Source of the DNA: Priapulus caudatus
Lineage: Eukaryota
Assembly (NCBI RefSeq): GCF_000485595.1
Contig: NW_014577092.1
Span: forward strand, 416,200 to 480,199
Direction: 5' to 3'
DNA: 64,000 nucleotides
The position numbers were made by a program, and so were the translations under genes. The notes beneath the pieces are model-generated. The model made no database searches and was not told the DNA's origin. It saw only the letters and a list, made by a program, of their open reading frames with translations. Positions 13,101-27,098 of the stretch are shown here, one piece after another (the stretch's first letter is position 1; every line of letters begins with the position of its first letter).

Positions 13101-13400
13101 CATCATCTCGATGAATTGTAAAATGCAGCGCGTTCGGTAGCTTGCGATGTGAGACGGTTGTCACAGCTAACGAGCTGTGGAACGCCATCTGCTGAGGAAT
13201 GCAAATATATTATATATATATATATACTATATATAAGTATATCCGTATATATTATAATAATGTATATTATAGTTTACCTTATTATATCATATTAGGGTTG
13301 ACGTATATTTTTATACGTGTATATTTAATGATAACGGCGATGAGTAATTATAGTATCAATACTATATAGATTATATATGAGTGATACAATGTTAGTACAC

Positions 13401-13483
<83 letters not shown>

Positions 13484-13809
13484 GTCACACACACATACAG
13501 ACGCGCGAAGGCATGCGCGCCCGGCCACACGGGCAGAGAGGAACGTAAGAACACGTATAGTAGACGCAGTAACGAACGCAGGCTCGCAATCACGCACGCG
13601 TGCAAACACACAGGCACATACGCACGCACACATGCACCCACGCACCCACGCACACATGCACACATGCACGCACGTACAGACGCATTTGCACATGTTCGAA
13701 CGTGCGCGCACACGCACAAACGCACGCATGTATGCATGTATATATCCGGGGGATGACTAATAGACTCGTGATGGTAATACCGGTTATAAAAGACGCTGTT
13801 TTTAAAGCC

Positions 13810-14250
13810 AGGTTTTCGAAAATAATTTCCAACCAGTCTCGCGTTTTCCCTACTTTTACGATGCTTACCGTTATTGCTTGAGTAACGGCAACTGTCTAGA
13901 GTAAACGCTAACATGTCTTAGAGCCTTCGTAATTAGCTATATTCACCAACACATGCACGATTCGAATTATGATCACTCGTTCTGATTTCCGCCGCCATTT
14001 CTTGCGAATCTCGAACTATCTCGCGATAGCGCGATATATAGACCAATTTAAAAACAGAAACGGAGTAAACTTCACAGAATCAGATGCCCTTTTGTTTGAA
14101 TTAGGCGCACTATGGGTGCACTTGTTTTGAAGGCGCCATTTGCAAATTAATTGTCACTATAATCAAATATACCATGGTGTTACGGCGTGTTCAATTCGAT
14201 TTTTTTCTCAGTTATAACGCCATAAATTCGTAGTCTTTTTCAAGTTATTG
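13810..14250 (-). repeat. Old interspersed repeat, copy 2 (inverted relative to 6810-7165)
   Basis: Reverse-complement similarity to 6810-7165. Confidence 0.7.
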
Positions 14251-14497
14251 TAACCAGTAATGTATCCGCTATTAGGTGAGACTATATTTCGCTATATTTT
14301 TTCGGATTGTGCGTTTTTGAGCAATGATTTCGCAATTTTAGCTCTGCATCACACACGTCGCTACAAAGAGATAGAGTGCGTGGGAAAGAGAAAGGGAGAG
14401 TAAGAAAGAGTGCGCAAGGGAGCGCGACAATCAGCGCGCGATCGAGCGAGAGAGCGAGAGCTGGAGAGAACAAAACCGAGAGAGGGGAGAGCGAGCG

Positions 14498-14578
<81 letters not shown>

Positions 14579-16419
14579 AAAAATACGAGAGAGGTGGATG
14601 ATCTTTCCGACGTGGCAATATATAGCACCGGCTAGTCAATTACTTATCGACTTATCTTGGAGAAGAAAACGTAACGTATACGTACTGCTGCAGACTGAAT
14701 ACGAGCCCACACACGTTAACACCTCTTTATATGATTATCGTTCTTTCAGGTTATTATAGATATTTCAGATTGAGCCGGCTCGCCTCTGCGTGTGAGAATG
14801 AGTACGCGTACGTGTATGTATGCGTTACGAGCAGCTCTTACATTTACAAGCGTCGCATCACAGATATAGGCAACAAACTAAATGATGTACACTATCTTGT
14901 CGATTATATGCTTCGCTGATTCAAGCCTATGCAGCGTCCGATCGCTAGGTGGTAATATAGAGACGAATAATGTCCACACATATTACCGAAACTTCCAATA
15001 CTTACCTATTATACCTGCGTGTTAGCAAGCGTTAACAGTAAGGCTGACATGGTTTAAAGTAAGGATTTTAAATAATTTTTTTCCGCCTTTCCCAACCATT
15101 ATAATGCTTACTGGTATAATGCCTACGTATATGTTGCTACTTATAATGATTACGTAACAGCAAGTATCTACAGTAGGGTTCACGTGTCTTAGAACACTCG
15201 TACATAGCTACTTCACAAACATGCAACAATTGAAATTTCGTTCTTAATTTCTTGTTATTGGTTACATGTTTTGGTCACATATTTCTCGCGGGACACTGTC
15301 TCAACACTCAGTTTCACTAGAACCACTTACGTCACAGTATCAGACATAGCTGCACTTCAGTGGTACAAATTACGAATCGATTGCAGCATCATTTAAAAAT
15401 TGCGACTTAAATTCTAAAATATCCGATAACAGCATAAATTAATAATTCACAAGTTGGTGTAATAAGCAGAACAGCCGCTAGTAGATGAGAATACATTTTG
15501 CTACATATTTTCATTTTTTGCATGTGATTGAGAATTAGTTCCTTGCATCCTAATACCTCTCAAAAACATAGAAATGAAGAGAGAAGGGCATGAGAAGCAG
15601 CTTCGTTAATCGAATCCGTGAGGAAGAAGACCGTGGTTAATGGCGGGTAGTGCAGCTGCGATAGAGGCTGATAAGTAGGACTGAGAAACGCACCACGTGA
15701 CACGCTACGTCATTACGTGCTCAAAAAGCCTGAATATATCCTGCACCACATGATGGCCGAAAGAGAGGGAGAGAGGCAGTGACTGCCAGGTCTGTGTGAA
15801 AATCACTGTGAACACAACACGCATTTCAAACCACGTCTTAAAAACGTATAAAAAATTATATGTACATAATATGTTCGACAACAGATATGCGCAACACACA
15901 CACACACACACGCACACGCACACGCTCACGCACACGCACACGCACACGCACACGCACACACACACACAAACCCACAAACACACAAACACACGCACACACA
16001 CACGCACACACACAAACACACACGCATATATACTTGTTTATTTTTAAATTTTAAATTTATAAGCCTCCCATTTTTTACGCCTACGCGTTTACAGTAATGA
16101 ATCACATACAAATGTCACCCCTCGCACATACACGGCACAACCCCGTCGCTGTCGTCTGCCAACACGCTGCTAGACGGTGCGCGTTAAATGTACACGTACT
16201 TCACGCGTGTGGAATAATCACTATCCGACATCACGGCCGGAATGTCCTCCGGGTCTCGTTTTCGATCCCGCTACTGCTCTCAGAATGACAAACACGCGAC
16301 TCATTGGTAATGCTGCTGCTGCTGCTGTCACCCTCAGATGACGTGACACTTGCGTTTGGTGACTGTGGACTGGTTTGACACTTTGGACTGTGTCTTTCTC
16401 GGCGAAACAGAGAACGCGC

Positions 16420-16820
16420 GCAGTAGCAGCAGCAGAAACAGCAGTAACATCCACGACACCAGTGATAACAACAACAGCAGCGGCGTTGGCGACGGCGGCG
16501 GCAGCAACAGCACCAGCAGCAACAACAACAACAGTAGAAACAGCATCTGCCGCAGCAGCAGCAACAACAAAAACATCAACAACAGCAGCAACAGCAACGG
16601 AATCAGCAATATCAACAGTGGTAACAACAACACTAGCCAGCCAGCAGCTAACAGCAGGCGGCAAGACCAGTAGCATTAAAAATAAATTACGAACAGCAGT
16701 CGCCGCAACAACAACAACAACAACAACGACAATAACGACAACAACAACGACAATAACGACAACAACAACGACGACGACGACGACAACGACGGCGACAGCA
16801 GCAGCAGCAGCAGTAGTGGA
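16420..16820. repeat. Degenerate (GCA/ACA/ACG)n trinucleotide region
   Basis: Direct inspection. It explains the overlapping Thr/Ala-, Ser/Asn- and Val/Leu-rich ORFs. Confidence 0.85.
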
Positions 16821-17423
16821 TGCTGCGATAGTACCCGCATTGTATTGCCGATCGATGTTGCGTCGATAAGCGTGTGCGTGGTGCGAGCGAGCGTGTAGCT
16901 TATTCCGCATGTACGCTGGCGACCGACGCTAGCCGACCGTACACGCACGCTGCGTACTCCGCTAGCGAAGCCACTCTTAGAGGATGAACTCGTACAGCAT
17001 CGTACCCACAGCACAGAAACTGTATATGCCGATATGGGCGTAATGCGATGGAGCAAGGAAGCTCGCTAGGAAGAAATGTCACTAGGAAGGAAGGTCGCTG
17101 GGAAGGATGGTCGCTGGAAAGGAAGGTCCCTGGAAAGGAAGGATTAGAAGAAGTGCTGGTTTCGGAGTGCGGAATGGAAAGGGTGGATATTTATGATTTA
17201 CTGGTAATGCACGCAGGAAGCTGTCAGGTGTAAGGATGGATGTAACCATGCGACGGGAGGGTGTTTGAGACAGAGCAATAAGTTATAAGTGTACATAAGG
17301 ATAGTGGTACTAAAAACATGCGTAAAATTGAGTAAATAAATAAATAAATATATATATATATATACATACATAATACATACATACATACATACATACATAC
17401 ATACATGTATGTGTGTTTCTGTG

Positions 17424-19305
17424 CATGGGTGGGTGTGTGTGAGGGGGCATCTGCGTGTGCGTGCGTGTGTGTGTGTGCGTGTGTGACTGTTCGCGCAGGC
17501 CTACGTGCGCGCGTGTGTGCGTGCGTGCGCGGCGCGCGTGTGTGTAATAGAAAAAGAAAGCGCGCTCGCATGAGAAACGAAAAACAGAGAGCAAGAAAGA
17601 AGAGAGAGAACGAAAAGACATATGATCCGTATATAGACTTACACGTGTGCCACAACGAGCTCCTCCCTAAACCGCGATCACTGGGCGACGACGCCACGCC
17701 CGCACTGCGCAGCCGAAAGAAGAGAGAGGAGGATAGTCGGATCGCGAGGGCGGTGCCGGCTGCCGCTGCATCATCAGCGCGGGTTATGGGTGACGCCTGA
17801 CTACATCAACGCAAGCGGCGTGCGCCATTAGGATCGTAGTCAACGAGACACTCGACTGAATGGCGCGGGTGGAAGGGTCGATAACGACTTGGCTGAAGGG
17901 TCGTCGCTGTATAGAGCCGACTAGAGCGCAGTGGCCGCGTTACCTAGGTTAACGGATGTAGCGCGGGCGCTGTAAAGGAAGGAGAGGGAAGCAGCGTGGC
18001 CTGGTTAACATCGCGTGAAAAACCAAACACGATTCAAGTTCGGCGAACTTCTCTCTCCCCTCCCTTTCTCTCTCCTTACCCCCCCCCTCTCCCTCTCTCT
18101 GTGTATCTCTCACGTTTTCCCGCATTTAGAGCGGTTCCTACAGGTTTGTTTTACGAACGTATCTACACCTGCGGCAGCGCATCATTGCCTTAGCAATTTA
18201 CACATCATACGATCGGGCAAACCGTGCGCCATGTTTCTGCCTATAGCAAGATCTACATAGATAGGAATACTCGTTGTTGAAATAGCCTCCGACGCGCGCA
18301 CTACACAACTGGCGCGCATACACGCGCGTATCCACACATCGTCGAGTGTCCGCGTGCAGAGCAAACAATTTAGTTGCTGCGCAAGCACACTAAACGTAGT
18401 GCAGAAGAGAACCGCACACGATCTCACACTACGCATCCCACCCGCGCGCGAGAGAAAGCGAGCGAGCGGGCGAGCGAGGGAGTGGGGAGAGCGAGTGTGA
18501 GCAGGAGAGAGCGAGGGGTGGGGGTAGAAGGTAAGAGGAAGGATAGAGCTCCAATTCCTTTCCGAACTAGGAAAGCGTGAATATATACGACGATAGAGAT
18601 ACAAATGCTTCACTTGGCTTTCACTCCCCACCCTCTCTCCCACTCTATATATCTCCCTCGCTCTCTCACCCGCTCCCTACCTCGTTCTTTCGATTTCTAT
18701 GTCTCTCGCGCGCTCTCCGGACAGGAGTGTCCTGCTTCTTTCTCTCTCTCCCACTCTATATATCTCCCTCGCTCTCTCACCCGCTCCCTACCTCGTTCTT
18801 TCGATCTCTATGTCTCTCGCGCGCTCTCCGGACAGGAGTGTCCTGCTTCTCTCTCGCTCTCTCTCTCCCTTTTTATATCTCTCCCTCGCTCTCTCACCCA
18901 CTCCCTACCTCGTTCTTTCGGTCTCTCTGTCTCTCACGCTCTCTCCGGACACGAGTGCCCTGCTGTTCTCTCTATCGGGCTCGAATATGACGTAGAAGCG
19001 GTTGGCACCACTCCTCAATCGCTCATGCCGCGTAACGCAACACTTTTATTCATCGCGTAATATTCTCTTACATACATGAATTTGATATTTACGACACGCT
19101 GGCCCCTCTGCTGATAGAATGCGCCGCGGGTGGTTGGTTAGCCGTAGTGCATGTAGCAACGCCAATCTTATGGCGAGCCGACAACGCCAAAGGTGCCGCA
19201 GATGCGCGCATATATATATACAGCGCGACAGCAGCGAGCAGCAATATAGCGTAATATACGAGATGGAGTCTGAGGGGTGGTGTGTGAGAGCAATACGGAA
19301 GATCG

Positions 19306-19345
<40 letters not shown>

Positions 19346-20084
19346 GTGTACGTGCTTAGGCCAGCGAGAGCACACGAGCGTATATACAGGCAGCGAGAGT
19401 ATATATACGCGTACGTACGTATACGTACGTACGTACAGCCTGCATGCGCTCCATGGCAAACTGTCCGGCATTTGCAGCGTTCGCGGGGAAAGGCACTTTA
19501 CAACAACCACCGACACCTATGGGCGACGTCGCTGGCTGTTATGTAGAGGAGTCACTACATCACAACCACCGATATCTAAGGGCGGCGTCGGTGGCTATTC
19601 TACTGTGTCAGAGAGTTTAAACCCGTAGCCTGACAGTGCGCATCATTGGTGTCCATCCATAAGCGTTGGTGGTTATTATATAGTGTTCTCCGTTTGCAAG
19701 GGCGACTAATGCCCGCACAGAACGCGGAGTTGTACAATCACGGGTATAGGGAAAGTAGTGGCATAAGAAAGGACGTAAGAAAGAGCGCGGTGGGGTTGAC
19801 AGTAGTGAGAATGGTTAACTCTGTGACTTTGTAATTACTGTATATCTCAATCTCTTCTCCCTCCTCGCTCTGCTCCACCCCTCTCTCGCCCTTTCTCTCT
19901 CTCGCGCGCTCTCTCTGTCGCTCGCTCTCTATCACTGTCGTTGTCTTTGCCTCTGTCTGTCTCTCTCGCAGTTCCACCGCCTCTCTCGCATTCACACAGT
20001 CGTTTTAGTTTGTTTCTTGCTCCCTATACTATCTCTCTCGCTCCTCGCTTGCTCTCTCATTGTCTCTCTCGCTCTCTCTCTCTC
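17424..20084 (+). repeat. Near-identical segmental duplicate, copy 1
   Basis: Matches 21644-24193 at offset 4220 and then 4109, with only about seven substitutions noticed and one 111-bp unit difference. The ORF track repeats identical or near-identical peptides at these offsets. Confidence 0.95.
18633..18965. repeat. ~111-bp VNTR (3 units here, 2 units at 22853-23073)
   Basis: Unit ...atatctccctcgctctctcacccgctccctacctcgttctttcg...ctctccggacaggagtgtcctgcttct repeats. The offset change between the duplicates is 111 bp. Confidence 0.9.
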
Positions 20085-20085
20085 G

Positions 20086-20126
<41 letters not shown>

Positions 20127-21643
20127 CCTCTCTCTCTCTCTCTCTCTCTGTCTTTCCCCTCTCTCGCTTAATCTCGCAATCTCTCCCCTCCATATGTATA
20201 AATAAGAGGAAGTTCGCTTATTGCAGTGTGAATCGAAATCAGCGCACGGCAGCGCCCTGCTTAGTCAGTCTTCGCTCGCAAACGAACCGACTCGATTATA
20301 CTCCACGATGCGTGGCATTTCTCCCGCGCTCGTAATAACAAACATTTTTCCCCGCGCGCGAAAGAAACACCGGCACGCAGGCGCTCGCTGGCCGCCAACC
20401 ACAATGAGCGAGAAATATTCGGCCCGCCACTATTGCTAACCACAATCGCAGGCCGTTACCCTGCATCACGCACGCCACCGCAGCGTTTTCCACTCCAGTC
20501 GCTGCGAGCGTACTTCCTCGGTAAATCACGATCTCCTTTGCGCGGGTTCGGACACTAGCGGAACTAACTCCGCGTATATAAAACCCGACACGTCTCGTGA
20601 GCACGTACATATATATATATATAAATATATATATATAAGAGAAAGAGAGAGAGGGAGGGGGGAAGAGTTCCTTTTTGATAGGAACGAGTACTCGAATACG
20701 TGATGTACGCGCGTGTTTTACCATTTACCACCGCGCACACGACGATAGGCGCGGCCTGAAAAATATTCTCCCTGACACATCTATTAAAACGCATGCGCCG
20801 ACTGCTATGCGCGGCAAACTGCCAGCATGTCAATGCGCGTACAGTGCGCACACGCACGCAGCAAGCTCGCGCGAGCCCGCACGGCTAAATAGGCGCGAGT
20901 ATTTATCTTAGCAATTTTATACGGCCCGTTGCATTCTCGGTAATAAAGCAGCCAGCGAAGTTCCATGTCCGTCGGGAGTAAATATGGCCGACGCTAGAGA
21001 TTACGACGCAGCGACAGACGACCGCCGATGATTCCCGAAGTTTACCCACCGTAAACTAAGGAAGTCATCGATGTATTTTTAACACGACGAGGGCAAAATT
21101 GGGTTTCCTCCGTATTACTATTCCATATTATTATTTAATTAGTATTTATCATTATTATTATTATTATTATTGTTGTTGTTGTTGTTGTTGCTGCTGCTGT
21201 TGTTACTGCTGTTGCTGTTGCGGCTGCTGTTGTCACTGTTGTTGTTGTTGTTGCTGCTGCTGCTGCTATTGTTGTTGTTGTTGTTGTTATATACGCATAT
21301 GTGTCTGTGTGTGCGTGAATGCGTGCGTGCGTGCGTGTGTCTAGCTGAATGCGTGCATGCCTGTGACCTAAAATAAGCATGCAGAAGATAACGTGATTAT
21401 CTAACTCGCTACATCGTACTAAAAACGATCGTATGCTTAAGCCGATCATACGCAACTGAACACATGCTCTCGTCATAGCGCACTTGCTGTGTGCGATGCA
21501 GCCACGCCCTGTTATGCTCTCGCATCGTTCGTGATCGCATCTTCTCACACAGTTAGCTGAACATGCGTGCGTTTGTGCTCGAGTGTAAACGTCCGTCGCG
21601 TTGGTGCAGGAGCGGAATCTGCGCTCTCCTCTCCTCTCCTCTC

Positions 21644-23414
21644 CATGGGTGGGTGTGTGTGAGGGGGCATCTGCGTGTGCGTGCGTGTGTGTGTGTGCGT
21701 GTGTGACTGTTCGCGCAGGCCTACGTGCGCGCGTGTGTGCGTGCGCGCGCGGCGCGCGTGTGTGTAATAGAAAAAGAAAGCGCGCTCGCATGAGAAACGA
21801 AAAACAGAGAGCAAGAAAGAAGAGAGAGAACGAAAAGACATATGATCCGTATATAGACTTACACGTGTGCCACAACGAGCTCCTCCCTAAACCGCGATCA
21901 CTGGGCGACGACGCCACGCCCGCACTGCGCAGCCGAAAGAAGAGAGAGGAGGATAGTCGGATCGCGAGGGCGGTGCCGGCTGCCGCTGCATCATCAGCGC
22001 GGGTTATGGGTGACGCCTGACTACATCAACGCAAGCGGCGTGCGCCATTAGGATCGTAGTCAACGAGACACTCGACTGAATGGCGCGGGTGGAAGGGTCG
22101 ATAACGACTTGGCTGAACGGTCGTCGCTGTATAGAGCCGACTAGAGCGCAGTGGCCGCGTTACCTAGGTTAACGGATGTAGCGCGGGCGCTGTAGAGGAA
22201 GGAGAGGGAAGCAGCGTGGCCTGGTTAACATCGCGTGAAAAACCAAACACGATTCAAGTTCGGCGAACTTCTCTCTCCCCTCCCTTTCTCTCTCCTTACC
22301 CCCCCCCTCTCCCTCTCTCTGTGTATCTCTCACGTTTTCCCGCATTTAGAGCGGTTCCTACAGGTTTGTTTTACGAACGTATCTACACCTGCGGCAGCGC
22401 ATCATTGCCTTAGCAATTTACACATCATACGATCGGGCAAACCGTGCGCCATGTTTCTGCCTATAGCAAGATCTACATAGATAGGAATACTCGTTGTTGA
22501 AATAGCCTCCGACGCGCGCACTACACAACTGGCGCGCATACACGCGCGTATCCACACATCGTCGAGTGTCCGCGTGCAGAGCAAACAATTTAGTTGCTGC
22601 GCAAGCACACTAAACGTAGTGCAGAAGAGAACCGCACACGATCTCACACTACGCATCCCACCCGCGCGCGAGAGAAAGCGAGCGAGCGGGCGAGCGAGGG
22701 AGTGGGGAGAGCGAGTGTGAGCAGGAGAAAGCGAGGGGTGGGGGTAGAAGGTAAGAGGAAGGATAGAGCTCCAATTCCTTTCCGAACTAGGAAAGCGTGA
22801 ATATATACGACGATAGAGATACAAATGCTTCACTTGTCTTTCACTCCCCACCCTCTCTCCCACTCTATATATCTCCCTCGCTCTCTCACCCGCTCCCTAC
22901 CTCGTTCTTTCGATCTCTATGTCTCTCGCGCGCTCTCCGGACAGGAGTGTCCTGCTTCTCTCTCGCTCTCTCTCTCCCTTTTTATATCTCTCCCTCGCTC
23001 TCTCACCCACTCCCTACCTCGTTCTTTCGGTCTCTCTGTCTCTCACGCTCTCTCCGGACACGAGTGCCCTGCTGTTCTCTCTATCGGGCTCGAATATGAC
23101 GTCGAAGCGGTTGGCACCACTCCTCAATCGCTCATGCCGCGTAACGCAACACTTTTATTCATCGCGTAATATTCTCTTACATGCATGAATTTGATATTTA
23201 CGACACGCTGGCCCCTCTGCTGATAGAATGCGCCGCGGGTGGTTGGTTAGCCGTAGTGCATGTAGCAACGCCAATCTTATGGCGAGCCGACAACGCCAAA
23301 GGTGCCGCAGATGCGCGCATATATATATACAGCGCGACAGCAGCGAGCAGCAATATAGCGTAATATACGAGATGGAGTCTGAGGGGTGGTGTGTGAGAGC
23401 AATACGGAAGATCG

Positions 23415-23454
<40 letters not shown>

Positions 23455-24193
23455 GTGTACGTGCTTAGGCCAGCGAGAGCACACGAGCGTATATACAGGC
23501 AGCGAGAGTATATATACGCGTACGTACGTATACGTACGTACGTACAGCCTGCATGCGCTCCATGGCAAACTGTCCGGCATTTGCAGCGTTCGCGGGGAAA
23601 GGCACTTTACAACAACCACCGACACCTATGGGCGACGTCGCTGGCTGTTATGTAGAGGAGTCACTACATCACAACCACCGATATCTAAGGGCGGCGTCGG
23701 TGGCTATTCTACTGTGTCAGAGAGTTTAAACCCGTAGCCTGACAGTGCGCATCATTGGTGTCCATCCATAAGCGTTGGTGGTTATTATATAGTGTTCTCC
23801 GTTTGCAAGGGCGACTAATGCCCGCACAGAACGCGGAGTTGTACAATCACGGGTATAGGGAAAGTAGTGGCATAAGAAAGGACGTAAGAAAGAGCGCGGT
23901 GGGGTTGACAGTAGTGAGAATGGTTAACTCTGTGACTTTGTAATTACTGTATATCTCAATCTCTTCTCCCTCCTCGCTCTGCTCCACCCCTCTCTCGCCC
24001 TTTCTCTCTCTCGCGCGCTCTCTCTGTCGCTCGCTCTCTATCACTGTCGTTGTCTTTGCCTCTGTCTGTCTCTCTCGCAGTTCCACCGCCTCTCTCGCAT
24101 TCACACAGTCGTTTTAGTTTGTTTCTTGCTCCCTATACTATCTCTCTCGCTCCTCGCTTGCTCTCTCATTGTCTCTCTCGCTCTCTCTCTCTC
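21644..24193 (+). repeat. Near-identical segmental duplicate, copy 2
   Basis: See copy 1. It ends in (CT)n one base before the P-like end at 24195. Confidence 0.95.
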
Positions 24194-24194
24194 A

Positions 24195-24286
24195 ATAGAC
24201 TCGCAGGCAAAGTAGAATAATGTTGTCGTGAAATAGCACTATTTTCCCGTTTTTCCGTTGTACACTCTAGGTATTATTAGCTCTTG
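24195..24286. mobile_element. Right terminal inverted repeat (92 bp) of a P-superfamily-like DNA transposon
   Basis: Exact reverse complement of 31276-31367. Ends ...GGTATTATTAGCTCTTG and is followed by the TSD ATATTAT (24287-24293). Confidence 0.75.
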
Positions 24287-24773
24287 ATATTATATTTTGT
24301 ATTAATTAGTAAAACATGTTTTTCATCGAAAACACGTCATAAACACTACTTATCTACCGATCGTGTACCAAAACAAACGTGCACACGTGGCGCTTGTTCT
24401 CTTGTTTTTGATATTTTGATGAGTCGTGACGCTCGCGTCTTGCGTTACTATGCATAATCACGTATTTCAGTACAAAATATATTCATGACCGTGTCGTTTT
24501 TCTTCAGATATTATTTATATGTGGTTACAAACATCATAATATGCACAAATTACTGTATTGTACAATAAATGTGTATGAACTTTAGTTTTGTGATAGATTC
24601 TGTTCCTACCAGAAAATTATGACAGCAAATTATGAAGTTCCTGTTATCGCGCGTTTTCTCATAGCTTCGATGCGGTTCTGTCAAGGCTATTCTCGTAACA
24701 TTAACATTAGTCGTTAGTGCTATCTTAGCATTAACATTTGCCTTAATTTTACGATGTTTCTGACAACGGGCCC
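24287..24773 (-). mobile_element. One half of a PIF/Harbinger-like MITE, related to 46300-46994
   Basis: Ends with GTTTCTGACAACGGGCCC. The interior aligns in reverse complement to about 46300-46790. Confidence 0.8.
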
Positions 24774-25454
24774 CGTATATTTAGCTCCCATGCAGTTGTT
24801 TAGCAAAATTCGATTTCGTGCGGCCACACATCATATATTTCTAGTATTGCTACTAACATCACGTATTTACAGCTCACAGACGATTATTTAACATGTACGA
24901 CGCGTAAAATTGTGGCATACAGCTATCAGAAATTTATCATAGCAGATTCGCTCATGTAGGCCTACTCCTACACCTAAAACGAAAAGAGGCCATAGCTAAT
25001 TCTGCCGATTAATTCTGCTGATAGTTAATTCTGCTAGTTAATTCATACGTCATGCACGAGTATATTATAATCGGGAAATCGCAATAAATTAGTAGAGTTC
25101 TATACATTACAATTGAACCCTATCACATACTATCTATATATCACGATATATGAGACAGTTAATCGCTAACATATTACAAAATTGACGCATTTTCCGGTTA
25201 TATCTTGCCAGCAATTTTTTTTAGGTTATATAAAACCCATGTATATTTTTGTCGCTCATAAATATATGACATTTGGACCTCGCTCCGATCGTTGCATCAT
25301 TTTTCGATTTCTTCCGACTATATATTCCAGATATTTATCTCTCCTGGTTACACACCGCGCACTTTGTATAACTGCTGCGCGGTTGCCGGTTGCCACCTTT
25401 CTGTTGTACGTAAAGGAAAATTTTATTCAGTTATATATGCTATATGGATAGTAC

Positions 25455-25496
25455 CAAGAGCTAATAAATACATACATAGGTATTTATTAGCTCTTG
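25455..25496. mobile_element. 42-bp TIR-only remnant (putative P-like excision footprint)
   Basis: CAAGAGCTAATAAATAC-atacatag-GTATTTATTAGCTCTTG, flanked by ATAGTAC / ACAGCAC (5/7 match). Confidence 0.75.
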
Positions 25497-26197
25497 ACAG
25501 CACGGGTAATGTTCTAGCAATAGCACGGGCATTTCAACGCGCCATACACGAACACTTTGGCAATTCTTGTTCTAATACGTATATACGCCTAAAGCAGAAT
25601 GATTTCTGCAGAGTCATTTTAACGCGCCCTACGCGCGAGCGTCCATATATGAATTCGTTTTCCCGGCTTCCAATGCGCGCCCGCAAATATATTATAATTA
25701 TATAACAGAATACTATAGAATCTTATTCTAGCAATTTCGTTCCCAGTCAAATAAATACACATGCAACATACGTAACGTATTTCCGACTATATTTCGATCG
25801 CTGATGTCACCAGTCATGAGCCATGCACTAGTCACCGGACATCTCTATCCCGTCACGTTACGCACGCCACGTCAACATCGATGCCAGCTATATACGCAAC
25901 GCCTATTATTATTCTAACTCAGGAAGTTATCTAGCATGTATTTTGCGCTCCTCAGTTTCTATATGAATAACATTCGTTGCTACGTGCTAATTGCCGTGCA
26001 TCTCACATGTTTATCTAACATATTCCAGTTCATTCCGCTATGTGCGTTGTATTGCGGTTGGGCGGATATATAACGCCTAGTTTCATCTCGGCTGGCTACA
26101 TGACATCAAAAACAGTTGACTGTATTTATATTACCAATGACGACATGCACCCAGAAATATATCACATATAGTTATCTCCTACGGCTATATATAATAT

Positions 26198-26239
26198 CAA
26201 GAGCTAATAATACCCGTATATAGGTATCATTAGCTCTTG
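26198..26239. mobile_element. 42-bp TIR-only remnant (putative P-like excision footprint)
   Basis: CAAGAGCTAATAATACC-cgtatata-GGTATCATTAGCTCTTG, flanked by ATAATAT / ATAATAC (6/7 match). Confidence 0.8.
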
Positions 26240-27048
26240 ATAATACATGTTTCCATCTTGCACCCGTGCGCGGACTATATTTCGATGGCAGCCCGAGGTA
26301 CGCCACATATTTCGATTTAAATTCGTTAAACACCATCAAATTAAATATCGGTCGGCTACATAGCGTATATCTCAGGTACGTGGCTTTCGCAAAAATCACA
26401 GCAGATTTCGATACGAGCAAGGCGCATGATTCGCTGCCTGTCGTTTATACATGAGCCCGATGCACGGGGCACTGCAATACTTGTTCACTATACATACTAT
26501 CTATGAGCGGACGCGCGTATAGTAATATTTCGTCGATGGACGTAACAGTTGACTAGTTCCACGCGTCTCGGCACGTACATTAATTGTAATTATCGTACAA
26601 TAATTGCGGCAACAATTATTCGTTAAAGAAAGGCGCACACCTAGTGAGTCTAAGCGCTAGCGACGAAATCGTTTCTGAATCATCCTGAAGTGTGCGGCAG
26701 TTTGTCATCTAACTGTTGGTGACAAGATGTCACCAGCGACCAAACTACACCAGCATCTACGTACCCTGCTACAGATATAAGGCAAACAACAAGCTAGCGA
26801 TGAAATGCAAATCGCCGCCACTTGTCCAACGTGCGTGTTGTTACCTACGACGAACATAAAATATTGCCAGCAATTGCAAATTTCACCGAGCAAAACCTGC
26901 TAGGAGTGTCACGGCCTTAACAATTGTTCTTACACCGGCAATATCAGTATTCTTAAGGCACCGTACTCCCTTGGCGTACTCTCCTTCTCAATTTGGAGCA
27001 ATTTATTTTATTCAACTAGTGTTTGCTGCGTATCCGCGCTCTCTCTCT

Positions 27049-27098
<50 letters not shown>

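Noticed and set aside
10760..13197. CTCF-like motifs (ACTAGAGGGCGC near 10760; reverse-strand CAGCAGATGGCG near 13185)
   Set aside because: Short partial matches are expected by chance in 64 kb and there is no supporting context.
16375..16869. Thr/Ala-rich ORF resembling a mucin or antifreeze glycoprotein
   Set aside because: It is a trinucleotide repeat open in multiple frames, with no signal peptide or convincing splice context.
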